From positions 496,001 through 560,000 of the forward strand of contig NIVC01000001.1 in the NCBI GenBank assembly GCA_002269645.1: a stretch of DNA of 64,000 nt, in the 5' to 3' direction. Positions within the stretch are counted from its first letter, which is position 1. Each line of letters starts with the position of its first letter. Source of the DNA: Macrostomum lignano. Its lineage: Eukaryota. The notes beneath the pieces were generated by a model that saw only the letters and a list, made by a program, of their open reading frames with translations, did not search any database and was not told the DNA's origin. The translations under genes were made by a program, and so were the position numbers. Positions 52,101 to 64,000 of the stretch are shown here, piece after piece.

Positions 52101-55084
52101 AAGAGGCTTCTCAAGTCATGGGCTGAGCTGGATTCTCAGAGGCTTCTCAAGTCATGGACTGAGCTGGATTTTAAGAGGCTTCTCAAGTCAGATTGAGCTG
52201 GATTTTAAGAGGCTTCTCAAGTCAGATTGAGCTGGATTCTCAGAGGCTTCTCAAGTCATGGGCTGAGCTGGATTCTCAGAGGCTTCTCAAGTCATGGACT
52301 GAGCTGGATTTTAAGAGGCTTCTCAAGTCAGATTGAGCTGGATTTTAAGAGGCTTCTCAAGTCAGATTGAGCTGGATTTTCAGAGGCTTCTCAAGTCAGA
52401 TTAAGCTGGATTTTCAGAGGCTTCTCAAGTCAGATTGAGCTGGATTTTCAGAGGCTTCTCAAGTCAGATTGAGCTGGATTTTCAGAGGCTTCTCAAGTCA
52501 TGGGCTGAGCTGGATTTTAAGAGGCTTCTCAAGTCATGGACTGAGCTGGATTTTCAGAGGCTTCTCAAGTCATGGGCTGAGCTGGATTTTCAGAGGCTTC
52601 TCAAGTCATGGGCTGAGCTGGATTCTCAGAGGCTTCTCAAGTCATGGACTGAGCTGGATTTTAAGAGGCTTCTCAAGTCAGATTGAGCTGGATTTTAAGA
52701 GGCTTCTCAAGTCAGATTGAGCTGGATTCTCAGAGGCTTCTCAAGTCATGGACTGAGCTGGATTTTAAGAGGCTTCTCAAGTCAGATTGAGCTGGATTTT
52801 AAGAGGCTTCTCAAGTCAGATTGAGCTGGATTTTAAGAGGCTTCTCAAGTCATGGGCTGAGCTGGATTCTCAGAGGCTTCTCAAGTCATGGACTGAGCTG
52901 GATTTTAAGAGGCTTCTCAAGTCAGATTGAGCTGGATTTTAAGAGGCTTCTCAAGTCATGGGCTGAGCTGGATTCTCAGAGGCTTCTCAAGTCATGGACT
53001 GAGCTGGATTTTAAGAGGCTTCTCAAGTCAGATTGAGCTGGATTTTAAGAGGCTTCTCAAGTCAGATTGAGCTGGATTCTCAGAGGCTTCTCAAGTCATG
53101 GGCTGAGCTGGATTCTCAGAGGCTTCTCAAGTCATGGACTGAGCTGGATTTTAAGAGGCTTCTCAAGTCATGGGCTGAGCTGGATTTTAAGAGGCTTCTC
53201 AAGTCAGATTGAGCTGGATTCTCAGAGGCTTCTCAAGTCAGATTGAGCTGGATTTTCAGAGGCTTCTCAAGTCAGATTGAGCTGGATTCTCAGAGGCTTC
53301 TCAAGTCATGGGCTGAGCTGGATTTTCAGAGGCTTCTCAAGTCAGATTGAGCTGGATTTTCAGAGGCTTCTCAAGTCAGATTGAGCTGGATTTTCAGAGG
53401 CTTCTCAAGTCATGGGCTGAGCTGGATTTTCAGAGGCTTCTCAAGTCATGGATTGAGCTACAGTAGATTTTCAGAGGCTTTGAAGGTCAAAGGTCAACAT
53501 CGCTCATTTCCACCGCTCCCCCCTGTGACAGGTGACAGTCACACCCACTCGCACTCACACGGAGACGCCGGCGGTCACGGCCACTCACACTCGCGCCACA
53601 TGCAGGTCGGCTTATGGGTTGTGGCCGGCATCATGGCCTTCCTGCTGGCCGAGAAAGCCATGCGGACGGCCGGCCATGGCCACTCGCATTCGCACCCAGC
53701 CGCTGCTGAAGACGATGGCCAGGATTCGAAACCGCCAACTAAAGCGGCCGCCGCGCAGCACAAAAAAGACGACGGCGATTCGGCTGTGGTTTCTAAGAAA
53801 CAGCAGCAAGATGCCAAGAAGCAGACCAAGAAGGCTGGCGGTAGGTATTTAAAACTTGCTTTTTTAATGCAAAATTCCACAGACACCGGCCCTCGGTCTC
53901 AGTTCCTTTGTAGCCTCACAATGGCAATTCGGCCCGCTCAAGGTTTGCGGCTCTTCTCAGCTCTCCTCTCTTATAATCTCTTCGCTTTTTCTCCTCTCCT
54001 CTCTCCTCTCCTCTCTCCTCTCCTCTCTCCTCTCCTCTCTCCTCTCCTCTCTCCTCTTCTCTCCTCTCCTCTCTCCTCTCCTCTCTCCTCTCCTCTCTCC
54101 TCTCCTCTCTCCTCTCCTCTCTCCTCTTCTCTCCTCTCCTCTCTCCTCTCCTCTCTCCTCTCCTCTCTCCTCTCCTCTCTCCTCTCCTCTCTCCTCTTCT
54201 CTCCTCTCCTCTCTCCTCTCCTCTCTCCTCTCCTCTCTCCTCTCCTCTCTTCTCTCCTCTCTCCTCTTCTCTCCTCTCCTCTCCTACCCTCTCCTCTCCT
54301 CTCCTCTCCTCTTCTCCTTTATTCCCTCGCCTCTCCTTTCTTCTATCTCTATTCTATCTTCTCTATTCCCTCTGACCATCTCCCCTCTCTGTCTCCCATC
54401 TTTTGTCCCGCAGTCATACACTGTATTCTCTATCTGGCCTTTGAGGTAAAATTAGTTTGCCGATCCCTGTGTTTTAATACGAGTAGATAAGAATCGTCGC
54501 CCTTTGGCAATCCATGAAGAGCCGTCCCCTTTGTCAGTCCATGAAGTGCCGTCCCCTTTGGCAGTCTATGAAAAGCCGTCCCCTACCCGACCGCCGCAGA
54601 GCCGGCCCCAGCCGAGCCGCTGCAGCAGCAGCAGGAGGTGAAGCTGGCCGGCTACCTGAACCTCTTGGCCGACTGCATGCACAACTTCACTGACGGCCTC
54701 GCCATCGGGGCCTCCTTCGCCCTCGGCCGCAGCGTCGGCCTGGTGACCACGGCTACCATTCTGTTCCACGAGGTGCCACACGAGATCGGCGACTACGCCA
54801 TCCTGCTGCAGTCGGGCGTGCCGGTGTGGAAAGCGCGCGCCCTGCAGCTGCTGACTGCCGCCGGGGCCATCGCTGGCACAGTGGTCGCCCTGGCCTGCGG
54901 TGGCGCCAACCCGGCCTACACGGCCTGGATTCTGCCCTTCACCGCCGGCGGGTTCGTGTACATCGCCCTGGTGACCGTGGTGCCGGAGCTGCTGCAGCCC
55001 AGCAGTCTGGGACAGACCATCAAGGAGCTGCTGGCCTTCGTGCTTGGCGTTGGACTCATGGTGCTAGTCGGAATTTATGAGTGA
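49166..55084 (+). CDS. SLC39A7: Zinc transporter ZIP7 (LIV-1 subfamily, Ke4/catsup-like), exons 49166-49239, 50415-50857, 53532-53840, 54600-55084 (~436 aa)
   Basis: Signal peptide [25 protein letters not shown], His-rich N-terminus, [100 protein letters not shown]. Junction phases 2,1,1 are all GT-AG. Exon 1 is absent from the ORF track and inferred from signal-peptide character plus phase. Confidence 0.92.
50897..53478. repeat. 34/36-bp minisatellite (GAGCTGGATTTTCAGAGGCTTCTCAAGTCA[GATT|TGGGCT]), ZIP7 intron 2
   Basis: About 70 units with two interspersed end variants. Confidence 0.97.
53880..54469. mobile_element. hAT MITE family 2-related, internal part, (CTCTC)n array and right TIR (ZIP7 intron 3)
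   Basis: CACAATGGCAATTCGGCCCGCTCAAGGTTT..CTCTTCTCAGCTCTC shared with 29100-29150; ends GTTTGCCGATCCCTG at 54469. Confidence 0.6.
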
Positions 55085-55109
55085 GGATTTCGGTTGGGAT
55101 TTTGGTTAT

Positions 55110-55648
55110 TTAGATCCCAACTCTTCATAAAAAGATCCCAACTCTTCATGCAGAGATCCCAACTCTTCATATGGAGATCCCAACTCTTCATGCAGAGATC
55201 CCAACTCTTCATATGGAGATCCCAACTCCTCATATGGAGATCCCAACTCTTCAAATGAAGATCCCAACTCTTCATACAAAGATCCCAACTCTTCACATGG
55301 GATCCCAACTCTTCATATGAAGATCCCAACTCTTCATGCAGAGATCCCAACTCTTCATACAAAGATCCCAACTCTTCATATGAAGATCCCAACTCTTCAT
55401 GCAGAGATCCCAACTCTTCATACAAAGATCCCAACTCTTCATATGGAGATCCCAACTCTTCATATGGAGATCCCAACTCTTCATATGGAGATCCCAACTC
55501 TTCATATGGAGATCCCAACTCTTCATATGGAGATCCCAACTCTTCATATGGAGATCCCAACTCTTCATATGGAGATCCCAACTCTTCATATGGAGATCCC
55601 AACTCATCAGATAGAGATCCCAACTCATCATATGGAGATCCCAACTCA
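55110..55648. repeat. 21-bp minisatellite (GATCCCAACTCTTCATATGGA) just after the ZIP7 stop
   Basis: Seen directly. Confidence 0.97.
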
Positions 55649-56254
55649 AAAATCCTCAGATACCAAGTACCGAAGCCCCAAGTTGCCTCTATCAAGATGG
55701 GTACCCAGGAATATGAAAACATGAAATTATTGGTGACTGAGTTATTTTTTGTGTTTCTATATTTTGTCTTCCCATCGATGGGTTTTGTTCCGACTTTTTC
55801 CTTTGTCTCCCTTTTATTGTTTGTTTTCTTGGACCCGGATATTTGGTATTACTGTCCTTGATTGTGTCCAGCATCCTTTGTCTGCTATTAATCTGCTAAC
55901 CCAACAACAATCTATCGAACAAATCCTGAGAGTTAAGTGACCCCCGCTGTTTTCGTCTCTCTCATATCAGCAACTGTGTTGTGCCGCGAGTTCATTGTTG
56001 CTGCAATATTCTGCTTTGCATGGAGTATTCTACTACTGTGAGTACCACACAGAGCGGTTTGTGTCCTTTCTCGTTTTTCTCTTTGACTCATTATTGTTCA
56101 TTACTATTTTACCGTATTGAGTGTTACCTTTGCGCGATTAGTTATTAAAATACCTGACAAATAAAAGCAACTGCCTGCGTTAGCTATGCTTACTCGTACT
56201 ATTATAGTTCATTTATTCATTTATTATACTATAATTATTGTTATAATTGGCGAA

Positions 56255-57333
56255 TTAGAAATCGGCACCGAAATTATTGAGCTTATACGATGTTGTCGAT
56301 GGTGAGATCTGTCCGAAATTTGATTGTTTTTTGTCGTTTTTGTTATATTTTACTATTATGTACCATTTTTGGCTGGGTGGAGGAGATAAGAGGATGAGAG
56401 GAGCGGAGAGGAGAGAAGACGAGAGGAGAGAAGAAGAAAAGAGGAGAGGAGAGAAGAGGAGAGGATAGAAGAGAAGAAGAAAAGAGGAGAGGAGAGAAGA
56501 GGAGAGGAGAGAAGAAGAAAAGAGGAGAGGAGAGGTGAGAGGAGAGAAGAAGAAAAGAGGAGAGGAGAGATGAGAGGAGAGAAGAAGAGAAGAGGATAGA
56601 AGAGAAGAAGAAAAGAGGAGAGGAGAGAAGAGGAAAGGATAGAAGAGAAGAAGAAAAGAGGAGAGGATAGAAGAGGAGAGGATAGAAGAGAAGAAGAAAA
56701 GAGGAGAGGAGAGAAGAGGAAAGGATAGAAGAGAAGAAGAAAAGAGGAGAGGAGAGAAGAGGAAAGGATAGAAGAGAAGAAGAAAAGAGGAGAGGAGAGG
56801 AGAGAAGAGGATAGAAGAGAAGAAGAAAAGAGGAGAGGAGAGAAGAGGAAAGGATAGAAGAGAAGAAGAAAAGGGGAGAGGAGAGAAGAGGAGAGGAGAG
56901 AAGAAGAAAAGAGGAGAGGAGAGAAGAGGAGAGGAGAGAAGAGGATAGAAGAGAAGAAGAAAAGAGGAGAGGAGAGAAGAGGAGAGGAGAGGAGAGAAGA
57001 GGAGAGGATAGAAGAGAAGAAGAAAAGAGAAGAGGAGAGGAGAGGAGAGGAGAGAAGAAGACTCTCTGACGCACAGAGTGATCAATCAAAAGGGCCGTGA
57101 CGTGATCACCAAGAAGGCGCGTTGTGCATGCAGTGACTCTACTTTGCTGCTCGGCCTGTCGGTGCAAGTACGAACCAGTGCCTTTCAAATTATGCGTGTG
57201 CTCCAACCCAATGATTGTGCAATTCCGGATCCAAACTCGGATGCCAAAAACCAGAATGCCAACTGGTATCAGTGAAACAGTTAAAATAGCCAAATAAACA
57301 ACCAACATATCTACTTTTTTTACACTGCTGAGC
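56255..57333 (-). CDS. Probable last two exons (57333-57075, 56308-56255) of an unidentified single-pass membrane protein
   Basis: TM-like MLVVYLAILTVSLIPVGILVFGI followed by RVWIRN. Donor TCT|gtgcgt and acceptor ggacag|ATC are phase compatible, ending ISPSTTSYKLNNFGADF*. AATAAA on the minus strand ~40 nt downstream. Upstream exons not identified; no family recognised. Confidence 0.4.
56390..57060. repeat. Purine-rich (GAGAG/GAAGA)-based satellite
   Basis: Seen directly. Confidence 0.96.
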
Positions 57334-57377
57334 CTACATAGCTGACCCACACAGGTTTCAGAAGTCTGTAGACTTTA

Positions 57378-57677
57378 TATAATAATAATAATTAATTACA
57401 CCTGCCCTTACGAGCGTATGACCAGATGTGCAACCGACAGCTCAGCCGCAGCTATTGGGCGGCGCATCTGAAGGCTGCGTACGGCTGTTCAGTCCAAGGA
57501 CTGGGGGGTCGCCACACACCCCCTCAATTACCCCAGCTAATGCTGGCACCCATTTTACAGCTGGGTGAACTGAAGCAGTGCAGAGTTTAAGCGTCTTGCT
57601 CAAGGTCACAAATTGTTCCTTGTAGGTCGAGAATCGAACTCCCGACTTTCACTCTAACCACTAGGCTACAACCCTCC
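57378..57677 (-). mobile_element. tRNA-derived CORE-like SINE family B
   Basis: Near-identical body to the 13269 and 40246 copies; (ATT)n tail at 57378-57395. Confidence 0.78.
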
Positions 57678-58267
57678 ATATGTTTACAGATTACAATAGT
57701 ACTGCAATTCTAGTAATAATAATTATGACATTATATATATTATCGATGCTTCAAATGAAACATATAATAGGCAAAAATATCAAGGAAAAGTGTCCAAATT
57801 CTGAATGCCAAAATTACGAAATAAATTTGATGATGACGCAGGCTGGCACAAAACCAAGTGATCAAAATCATTATGCCATTTAAAACCCATGATATGCTGG
57901 GATCCTAAAAATGCATGCAGTTTCTTATCCATAACTATTACATGTATGGCACAAAAAACCAGCGCTTAGGGCGTGAGAAGGCGACAGATTGCATATGCAA
58001 AAAAATCAATTAGTTTCTAGTAGCGCAGCTTTTATAACAGCTGTTTCTTATCCATAATTAAGCCTAATATTGCTTATAATAGTGTGAGAATCGAGTTAGC
58101 TGTTTAATGCTCGCAATATTTTGCTATAATTGATTGACCTAAATATTGCTCTTTAGTGCAATGCAACTCATACCTTGCTTTGGTAGCAATACATGCATGT
58201 AGCATTTTCATTTTGCGACACTGCCAATCATGTTCATTCAATTCATGTGTTTCCTCTTTCGTCTATG

Positions 58268-58350
58268 GTCGAAACACCGTCTATGGTCAAAACACCGTCT
58301 ATGGTCAAAACACCGTCTATGGTCAAAACACCGTCTATGGTCAAAACACC
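58268..58350. repeat. 18-bp repeat (GTCTATGGTCAAAACACC)
   Basis: About 5 units. Confidence 0.9.
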
Positions 58351-59414
58351 GTCTATTGTCTATGGCACAGGCAGAGCAGTTGAATTGAAGACATCCTCAA
58401 CTTCTTGTAGCTAAATATTATATTGGTAAACGTTGATTTTCAAGCTCTCATCCACATGGTCACCGTTATTTTGTCTATGGCTGTAACCAAGGACCACTCT
58501 ACTGTAGTACTGTAGTATCTACTTGTGTAGTACATGTATAACATTACGTAAAACTCAAAGTTTGGGTAATTTTTAAAAGGTCAATTTACTGGAAAAAGAT
58601 ACACTGCAAAGATAGGAAAAATCAATTGTATTTGATCTGGGGCAGTGAAGATTGCCATTCCTTTAATTTAGGACGCACAGCATGTTTACTGCGTTGTATT
58701 TTCAAAAGTTGTATAGTGAAAGTTGCACTTTGATATTGTTTTGTTTAGTTCATAAGCCAAATTACCAAAGTTGTAGATTACTATAAAATATTTTTTCCTG
58801 CTTTGAATCAAGTATTCGTACTTTTGTATTGAAATTTTTGCATACTCTTAGCCATGATATTTTAGGCACAGTAGTTCCATTTAAACGCATATTACTGTAT
58901 AGTTCATATGTTCAAAAGCAATCAATTTTCAATTCGTATCGTAAGGCTAGGATCGGCAAATGGTAAGAGGTTTTAATATTATTATTAAATTCTTTGTTAA
59001 TAATTCGTTCAAAATTATTTTTTGTTGTTATAAAGTGGCTTGTCCCAAATCTAATACGCGTGTGTAATTATTATGTTTTAGTTATTCTCTAATTATCATA
59101 TCAGTTTTTGCCGGCTCGCTAGCAATTGCCACACGGAAAAATTGCGCCTACTGATGCTACTGTTGTTCAGTAGGTCAGTAGTGCATATTACTGTTTTTTT
59201 GAAATTTTTTGTTTGCTCAGTAAAAGTTGTTTAGTCCTATGATACGAATCCTATGAAACTGTGTCAGTCAACTCTGGTTAGTTTCTTAAAAATTCGAGTG
59301 TTCACAGCAAAAATTTATCTGCATTGAAAGTCAGCTTGAATTTCTAAGTTGAGATTCTCCAAAACGTTTCACCTGGTTTACATTATTGGTTTGATTGGGT
59401 CATCACGGGCGGCG

Positions 59415-59725
59415 CTCCTGGTGCTAAATCCCCTGGTGCTAAATCCCCTGGTGCTAAATCCCCTGGTGCTAAATCCCCTGGTGCTAAATCCCCTGGTGCT
59501 AAATCCCCTGGTGCTAAATCCCCTGGTGCTAAATCCCCTGGTGCTAAATCCCCTGGTGCTAAATCCCCTGGTGCTAAATCCCCTGGTGCTAAATCCCCTG
59601 GTGCTAAATCCCCTGGTGCTAAATCCCCTGGTGCTAAATCCCCTGGTGCTAAATCCCCTGGTGCTAAATCCCCTGGTGCTAAATCTCCTGGTGCTAAATC
59701 CCCTGGTGCTAAATCCCCTGGTGCT
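59415..59725. repeat. 15-bp minisatellite (AAATCCCCTGGTGCT)
   Basis: About 20 units; same unit at 62745-63255. Confidence 0.97.
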
Positions 59726-60097
59726 GCTTGACGAATGTTTATAGCGAAGCATCTGGTTTGTGTTGATAGCTTATTATGGACTTATAGCTATAAGAGCGTA
59801 CACTGTGTCCACCAAGCAGTGCAGCGCCAAGCATACATGTACGCACCCGCTCTGCAGTTAAAATATTTTCCACTGATAAGAAACGCCTAAAGGTTCTGTA
59901 CCCATAGCTAGCCTGTACAATTAATTGCAAAAGCGCATGTGTATGTTTATAAAATGCAATTGCAGAGCTGCATGCATGAACTGAAGTAAAGAACAGGAGA
60001 CTTTTCACCTGTTTTGCGTAGCCTCCGGATTCGGTGGGCCTCTGAGTCTTCGGAACCTTGCAGCTTCATCGACTTTGATTGTGGCGCCGAAAATCAG

Positions 60098-61700
<1,603 letters not shown>

Positions 61701-61925
61701 TACACATTAAAACTATAGTTCATATAAACTAAGTATGAAACATTTAAATTATTTGTGTTTTTAAAAACTTTATATGGTCCTTTGTCGGTTTGAGAAACAA
61801 AAATTGTTGTTTTGCTGGGCAATCTAGCCTTCCTTTTATCCCCATTGTATCGATATTTAATATTTTTCCCATCTTTTACTTTCTAAATTATAATTAAATC
61901 ATAAAATTTCAGCTCAGCTTCCTCA

Positions 61926-63470
61926 ATGATGCCGAAAACAGCCGGTTCTGTTGCTGCATGCCTACTGCTACTGATTGCTACATGCGGTAGCGTAAACGGT
62001 TACACTACTAACAGTAGTAGTAGAGTTAGCACAGCAGTCGCCAAGTATTACTGCAGCAGAGAGTCAAAAATCGTTAAAATTTCTCCCCACCATGCCATAG
62101 TAGAGATCGCAACTCGGTACAATAACTCAAGTGAGTTGGTGCCTAGCAACACAAACTGCAAGTTCGTCATCCGAGGCTGGACCCATTCGCGATATCTCAT
62201 CACAGTTGTCGATGCCGACTTGGAAAAAGACGCCGCCTACCTGGAAGTGACTGACAGCAACGGGACCCTGCTGCACGATGTCAATCTGCACTTCAGCAGG
62301 CGGCTGGCTGTCAGCCGCAGCGGCTCCATCTCCGTGAACTTCTCGATGGGCTGGCACAGCCGGCGAACCGGGTCAGGAGGCGGAGGCTACCGGATCCGAT
62401 TGGAGCGATTATTCAGTCACCAGTGCCCGCCGAACTGGACTCAGGCTGTGTGGACTGAGAACCAGAGCTTCTGCATCAGCCCTTCATCAGCTGATTTTCT
62501 TGGCCTGGGCGCTAACGCTACTGCCGTCGCTGATTACATCACGGCGCAGTACATCTGCAACCGATTGAGAGCCAACCTGCTGATGCCACCAAAGGTGACG
62601 GCCTCTTGGTCTGTCAACTAAAATATGAGCATTTGATGTGCTTCCAAAGGATTGTTGGTGCCCCCCACCGGAATTTTTTTTTAGTAAGAAACGAAGTAAG
62701 AGCTCTCCCTTGGTGCTTGGAGCTCGTCTTGCTAGTTCGCCCAGTGTTGATTCCCCTGGTGCTGATTCCCCTGGTGCTGATTCCCCTGGTGCTGATTCCC
62801 CTGGTGCTGATTCCCCTGGTGCTGATTCCCCTGGTGCTGATTCCCCTGGTGCTGATTCCCCTGGTGCTGATTCCCCTGGTGCTGATTCCCCTGGTGCTAA
62901 TTCCCCTGGTGCTGATTCCCATGTAGCTAAATCCCCTGGTGCTAAATCCCCTGGTGCTAAATCCCCTGGTGCTAAATCCCCTGGTGCTAAATCCCCTGGT
63001 GCTAAATCCCCTGGTGCTAAATCCCCTGGTGCTAAATCCCCTGGTGCTAAATCCCCTGGTGCTAAATCCCCTGGTGCTAAATCCCCTGGTGCTAAATCCC
63101 CTGGTGCTAAATCCCCTGGTGCTAAATCCCCTGGTGCTAAATCCCCTGGTGCTAAATCCCCTGGTGCTAAATCCCCTGGTGCTAAATCCCCTGTAGCTGA
63201 ATCACCTGTTGCTAAATTCCCTGGAGTAAAATCCCCAGGTGTTAAAGCCCCTGGCGCCCCCCGGCCACTTATCAGCGGTTTATGCGCACTTTTAATTATT
63301 ACTCATTTTTTCTTTCTCAATTTGCAGTCCCGACGCAAATCAAAGCTCGGCGATCTGCAGACATGGCTTTACTATAAAGACCTGGTGTGGATCGGCCTGA
63401 TGAGCAACAGTTCAGCCGCTCCTGGCGACAATCTCTATTGGCTTGACAAGTCGCATGAGCAACCGCAAAA
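61926..63470 (+). CDS. Secreted CUB-like + C-type lectin domain protein, partial (exons 61926-62594, 63328-63470; continues beyond window)
   Basis: Signal peptide. CUB-like segment PSNTNCKFVI..YLEVTD..SGSISVNF..GGGYRIRL. CTLD start CPPNW..FC..TAQYICNRLRANL, then LVWIGL..YWLD. Phase-0 join AAG|gtgacg..tttgcag|TCC; next donor AA|gtgaga at 63471. Confidence 0.7.
62745..63255. repeat. 15-bp minisatellite (GATTCCCCTGGTGCT then AAATCCCCTGGTGCT)
   Basis: Two homogeneous variant blocks in intron 1 of the CUB-lectin gene. Confidence 0.97.
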
Positions 63471-63604
63471 GTGAGATGCAGCTTTACAAGTTTGCTTTCA
63501 TACAAAAATGTAGGGGAGCATTTCAAATTCCACAATTTTGCAACTTCACATTGTCTTCTTTTTTACAACTAAAATTTCACTGCATCAAGTTTTCTTTTGT
63601 TAGC

Positions 63605-64000
63605 TTCTTACAAACCCCAACCTTCACAATCCCCAATCTTCACGATCCCCAACCTTCACAATCCCCAACCTTCACCATCCCCAACCTTCACAATCCCCAA
63701 CCTTCACAAACACCAACCTTCACAAACCCCAATATTCACAATCCCCAACCTTCACAATCCCCAACCTTCACCATCCCCAACCTTCACAATCCCCAACCTT
63801 CACAATCCCCAACCTTCACAATCCCCAACCTTCACCATCCTCAACCTTCACAATCCCCAACCTTCACAAACACCAACCTTCACCGTCCCCAACCTTCATA
63901 ATCCCCAACCTTCACCATTCCCAATATTCACAATCCCCAACCTTCACAATCCCCAACCTTCACAATCCCCAACCTTCACAAACCCCAACCTTTACAATCC
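63605..64000. repeat. C-rich 16-17-bp repeat (CAATCCCCAACCTTCA) with ~33-bp higher-order unit
   Basis: Seen directly; runs off the window end. Confidence 0.95.

Noticed and set aside
57078-57275. Plus-strand ORF VINQKGRDVITKKARCAC..
   Set aside because: In-register antisense of the TM-containing minus-strand frame; joining the nearest plus-strand donor to the best acceptor creates a stop. Not fully excluded.

Overview
Eukaryotic (animal) genomic DNA with GC/CpG-rich exons and introns almost all filled with mini- or microsatellites. The style resembles the free-living flatworm Macrostomum (inference from composition, not proven). Hand-spliced genes in order: TMEM43 (+, 3 exons); LRRC61 (+, 5-6 coding exons); a secreted/GPI-type WSC + PAN/apple protein (-, 2 exons, probable GC-AG intron); AMPK gamma with a long N-terminal extension (-, 7 exons); an M13 (neprilysin/ECE-like) metallopeptidase with an uninterrupted ORF (-); zinc transporter SLC39A7/ZIP7 (+, 4 exons); the probable 3' end of an unknown single-pass membrane protein (-); and the 5' part of a CUB-like + C-type lectin protein (+, runs out of the window). 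Mobile DNA: two tRNA-derived SINE families (one with a MIR-like CORE domain) and three hAT-like MITE families, two of which carry satellites internally. Most long ORFs in the supplied track are artefacts of tandem repeats. No prokaryotic features, CRISPR arrays, rRNA or bona fide tRNA genes were seen. All splice models were built by eye from GT/AG signals, phase compatibility and recalled protein homology; none is database- or RNA-verified.
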